A stretch of 64,000 bases of DNA from Hydrolagus affinis (taxonomy: Eukaryota): NCBI GenBank assembly GCA_012026655.1, contig JAAILG010000861.1, positions 1-64,000 on the forward strand. Reading direction: 5' to 3'. A program made the position numbers and the translations under genes. The notes below the pieces were generated by a model that searched no databases, was not told where the DNA came from, and saw nothing but the letters and a program-made list of their open reading frames with translations. Shown piece after piece: positions 61,920 through 64,000 of the stretch. Every line of letters starts with the position of its first letter. Position 1 is the stretch's first letter.

Positions 61920-62430
61920 ATGCTTAAGAGTATCCAAATACCAAACTGAAAATTCCATGCGTCCCACCTGCACATGGAAATGTTGTTGGAATGGAATGTG
62001 CACTCTCTCCCTGGAGGGAACCACCCGTTTCCAGAAAGTATAGGCACAAGTTGGCAAGATCCAAATCTTAAGCACCCCCAGAGAACCCTTTGAGGTACTG
62101 CTGGAGTCTAACCAGCTAAACCTGCATAGCTTGGCATTGATATCACTGTCTGGCCAGCTTTCCTGCTGCTTGTCCAGCTAGGATCACTCTACCCTACCCA
62201 TTAGGGCTTTGGCTTGCAGGGTGAACAGGTGCTGGATGGGAGTGCTTCCTGCCCCCAGTGGCTGGTCTGGCCTCCCAGATCGTGTCGATGAGCCAGGCAG
62301 GCTGTGCTATCATCAGCAGAGCCCTGGAATACTGCGGACTCGTCTGGCTCAGGAACTGGACTCCTGAGACCCTCATAGAGGAATGGCTTGATTCCGTTAC
62401 CAGCATGTCTCCTTAGAATCAGTTCAGCTT
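61920..62430. repeat. Unclassified dispersed repeat, copy 2
   Basis: Collinear with 39200-40075 once the SINE is removed. Confidence 0.75.
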
Positions 62431-63352
62431 CAAGGTGGCTCTGCCTCCCCCTATCCCCCAGCTCCCACCCCTCCCCCACCACCCCAGGGGAGAATTGTCA
62501 CTAGTTGGTCATGCGACATCTGACATCATGGCAGGTTTAAGCCATGACTGGATGGATGGTAAATACCAGGAACTCTCTGTGAGCTTCCCAGTGGGCGAAG
62601 CACCTCAACATGAAATGGTGGATAAGTTGCCTTTTCCCATCCCTGACTTGTTGATGTCTTGTACTGTATTTTTATACTTAATGTTGGGCATAGGTCTACT
62701 AAAAAGTATCACTGTGTAGATAATTAACATGTAAATTGGTTGCTTCCAAGGGAGATGTAGTTGACAGGGTCAATCTAATTTGTTCCTATTGCAATTTGAA
62801 TTTAACGATGTTTTGAATAAATTGTATGAGCAGAAAAATGTTAGCAGCTATGAATAAATGATATTTCTTAAATGCATGTCCAAGAAGAAGATGACATGAA
62901 ATTTTCTTGATATTGGATTTTGTATAAGGCCAACCATATCCATCACCTTCGATCTCATCACTTGGTGTGACATCCAGTAGTAAAATCCATTACTATTTCT
63001 GCTTCCTTTTGCAACTTTGGAAATAAGATTATTAGAACAATGTCTGTGAGCCAACCTGAAATTAATATTCAAACAGAGTTAAACAATGTGATTCATGTGG
63101 ATGAGACACAGAACAAGAGAAAGATGTTATTAAAGATAAAAATAAATAATAAAATGTTGGCATATTAGCCAGCCAGGAAGCATATTTTTCAAGAGTAAAT
63201 TAATTGTCTTTAGCCAAAACCCAACATCCCATTCTATTTTGAAATTTGGTTTTAATTTTTTTTAATTCAAAATAAATTCATTATAGTATGTCGATTGTTG
63301 CATAATGTACATTAGAACTCATTTCGGATGAAAAATGAAACCAACTGGTTTT

Positions 63353-63590
63353 CATAGAATTATGTGACATAGAAGGAGGCCATTCAGCCTATTGTGTCTA
63401 TGTTGGCTCTTTGAAAACAGCCGTCAAAATCAATCTCACTCCCCCACTTTCTCCCCATAACCCTGCAAACCTGTCTTTCCCACATAATCTACTTTTCCCT
63501 TAAAAGTTTCCACTACCATTTCAGGCAGTGCATTCCAGAAGCATTCCAGAAGCGAACAACTCACTGTGTGAAAAGAGCTTTCTTCATCCA
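63353..63590 (-). mobile_element. CR1 LINE 3' end
   Basis: catagaa...gaaggaggccattcagcc; CFWNALPEMVVETFKGKVD..GLQGYGEK. Confidence 0.85.
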
Positions 63591-64000
63591 GACCAATCTT
63601 ATGATTTTGTGAAATCTTTTGCAGTGCTGAGGTCTGTACTAGAGGAGATAGAATCAAATGTCCTTGGTATATTATGATTTGCTCTCTTATTTATTCCAGC
63701 AAGGCTGGTCCAAATAGATGGCTTGGAGTGCTGGAGTCCTGGTAAAATAGAACATCATGATTTAAATCACCATGCATTAAAATAACCTTATCTGCTTGCA
63801 TTCAAAGTTTGACTTCCCTCAGGCTTTGGACTCTGGAAGGTAAGTAGATTTTAAGTGTTTGCCTTAGAAAAATTGGCTTCACACAGTGAATGCTCCACTT
63901 ATCTTGGAAACTAGGATGTCAAGCTATTTATTTTAGCCCAAATATAGTTTACTGCCCCACTAATAGCAGAATTACTGTTGGTAGCAGCACTACACAGTAC

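Noticed and set aside
1-64000. CRISPR array, operon or other prokaryotic system
   Set aside because: Spliced vertebrate gene in SINE/LINE-rich DNA; no regularly spaced repeat-spacer array and no long ORFs.

Overview
Eukaryotic, AT-rich, repeat-dense vertebrate DNA. The repeat mix (tRNA-headed DeuSINEs, L2 and CR1 LINEs) suggests a cartilaginous fish, possibly a chimaera; this is inferred from the repeats only. The only protein-coding gene I can support is the 3' end of ANKS1B (AIDA-1) on the + strand: two PTB-region exons (3495-3632, 5205-5375) and a terminal exon (13308-13421) ending in ...TKYETTIF*, followed by a ~2 kb 3'UTR. The remaining ~48 kb has no coding exon I recognise, including none from APAF1, the usual tail-to-tail neighbour. 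It holds many SINE, L2 and CR1 fragments, Tigger-like and hAT MITEs, an internally deleted Gypsy LTR element with a matching solo LTR, a decayed L1 ORF1, Helitron-like remnants, an unidentified two-copy repeat, microsatellites and two 100-N gaps. I found no convincing new biological system. The best leads are unusual transposon architectures and a few structured or regulatory-looking non-coding elements. Repeat boundaries were read by eye and are approximate.
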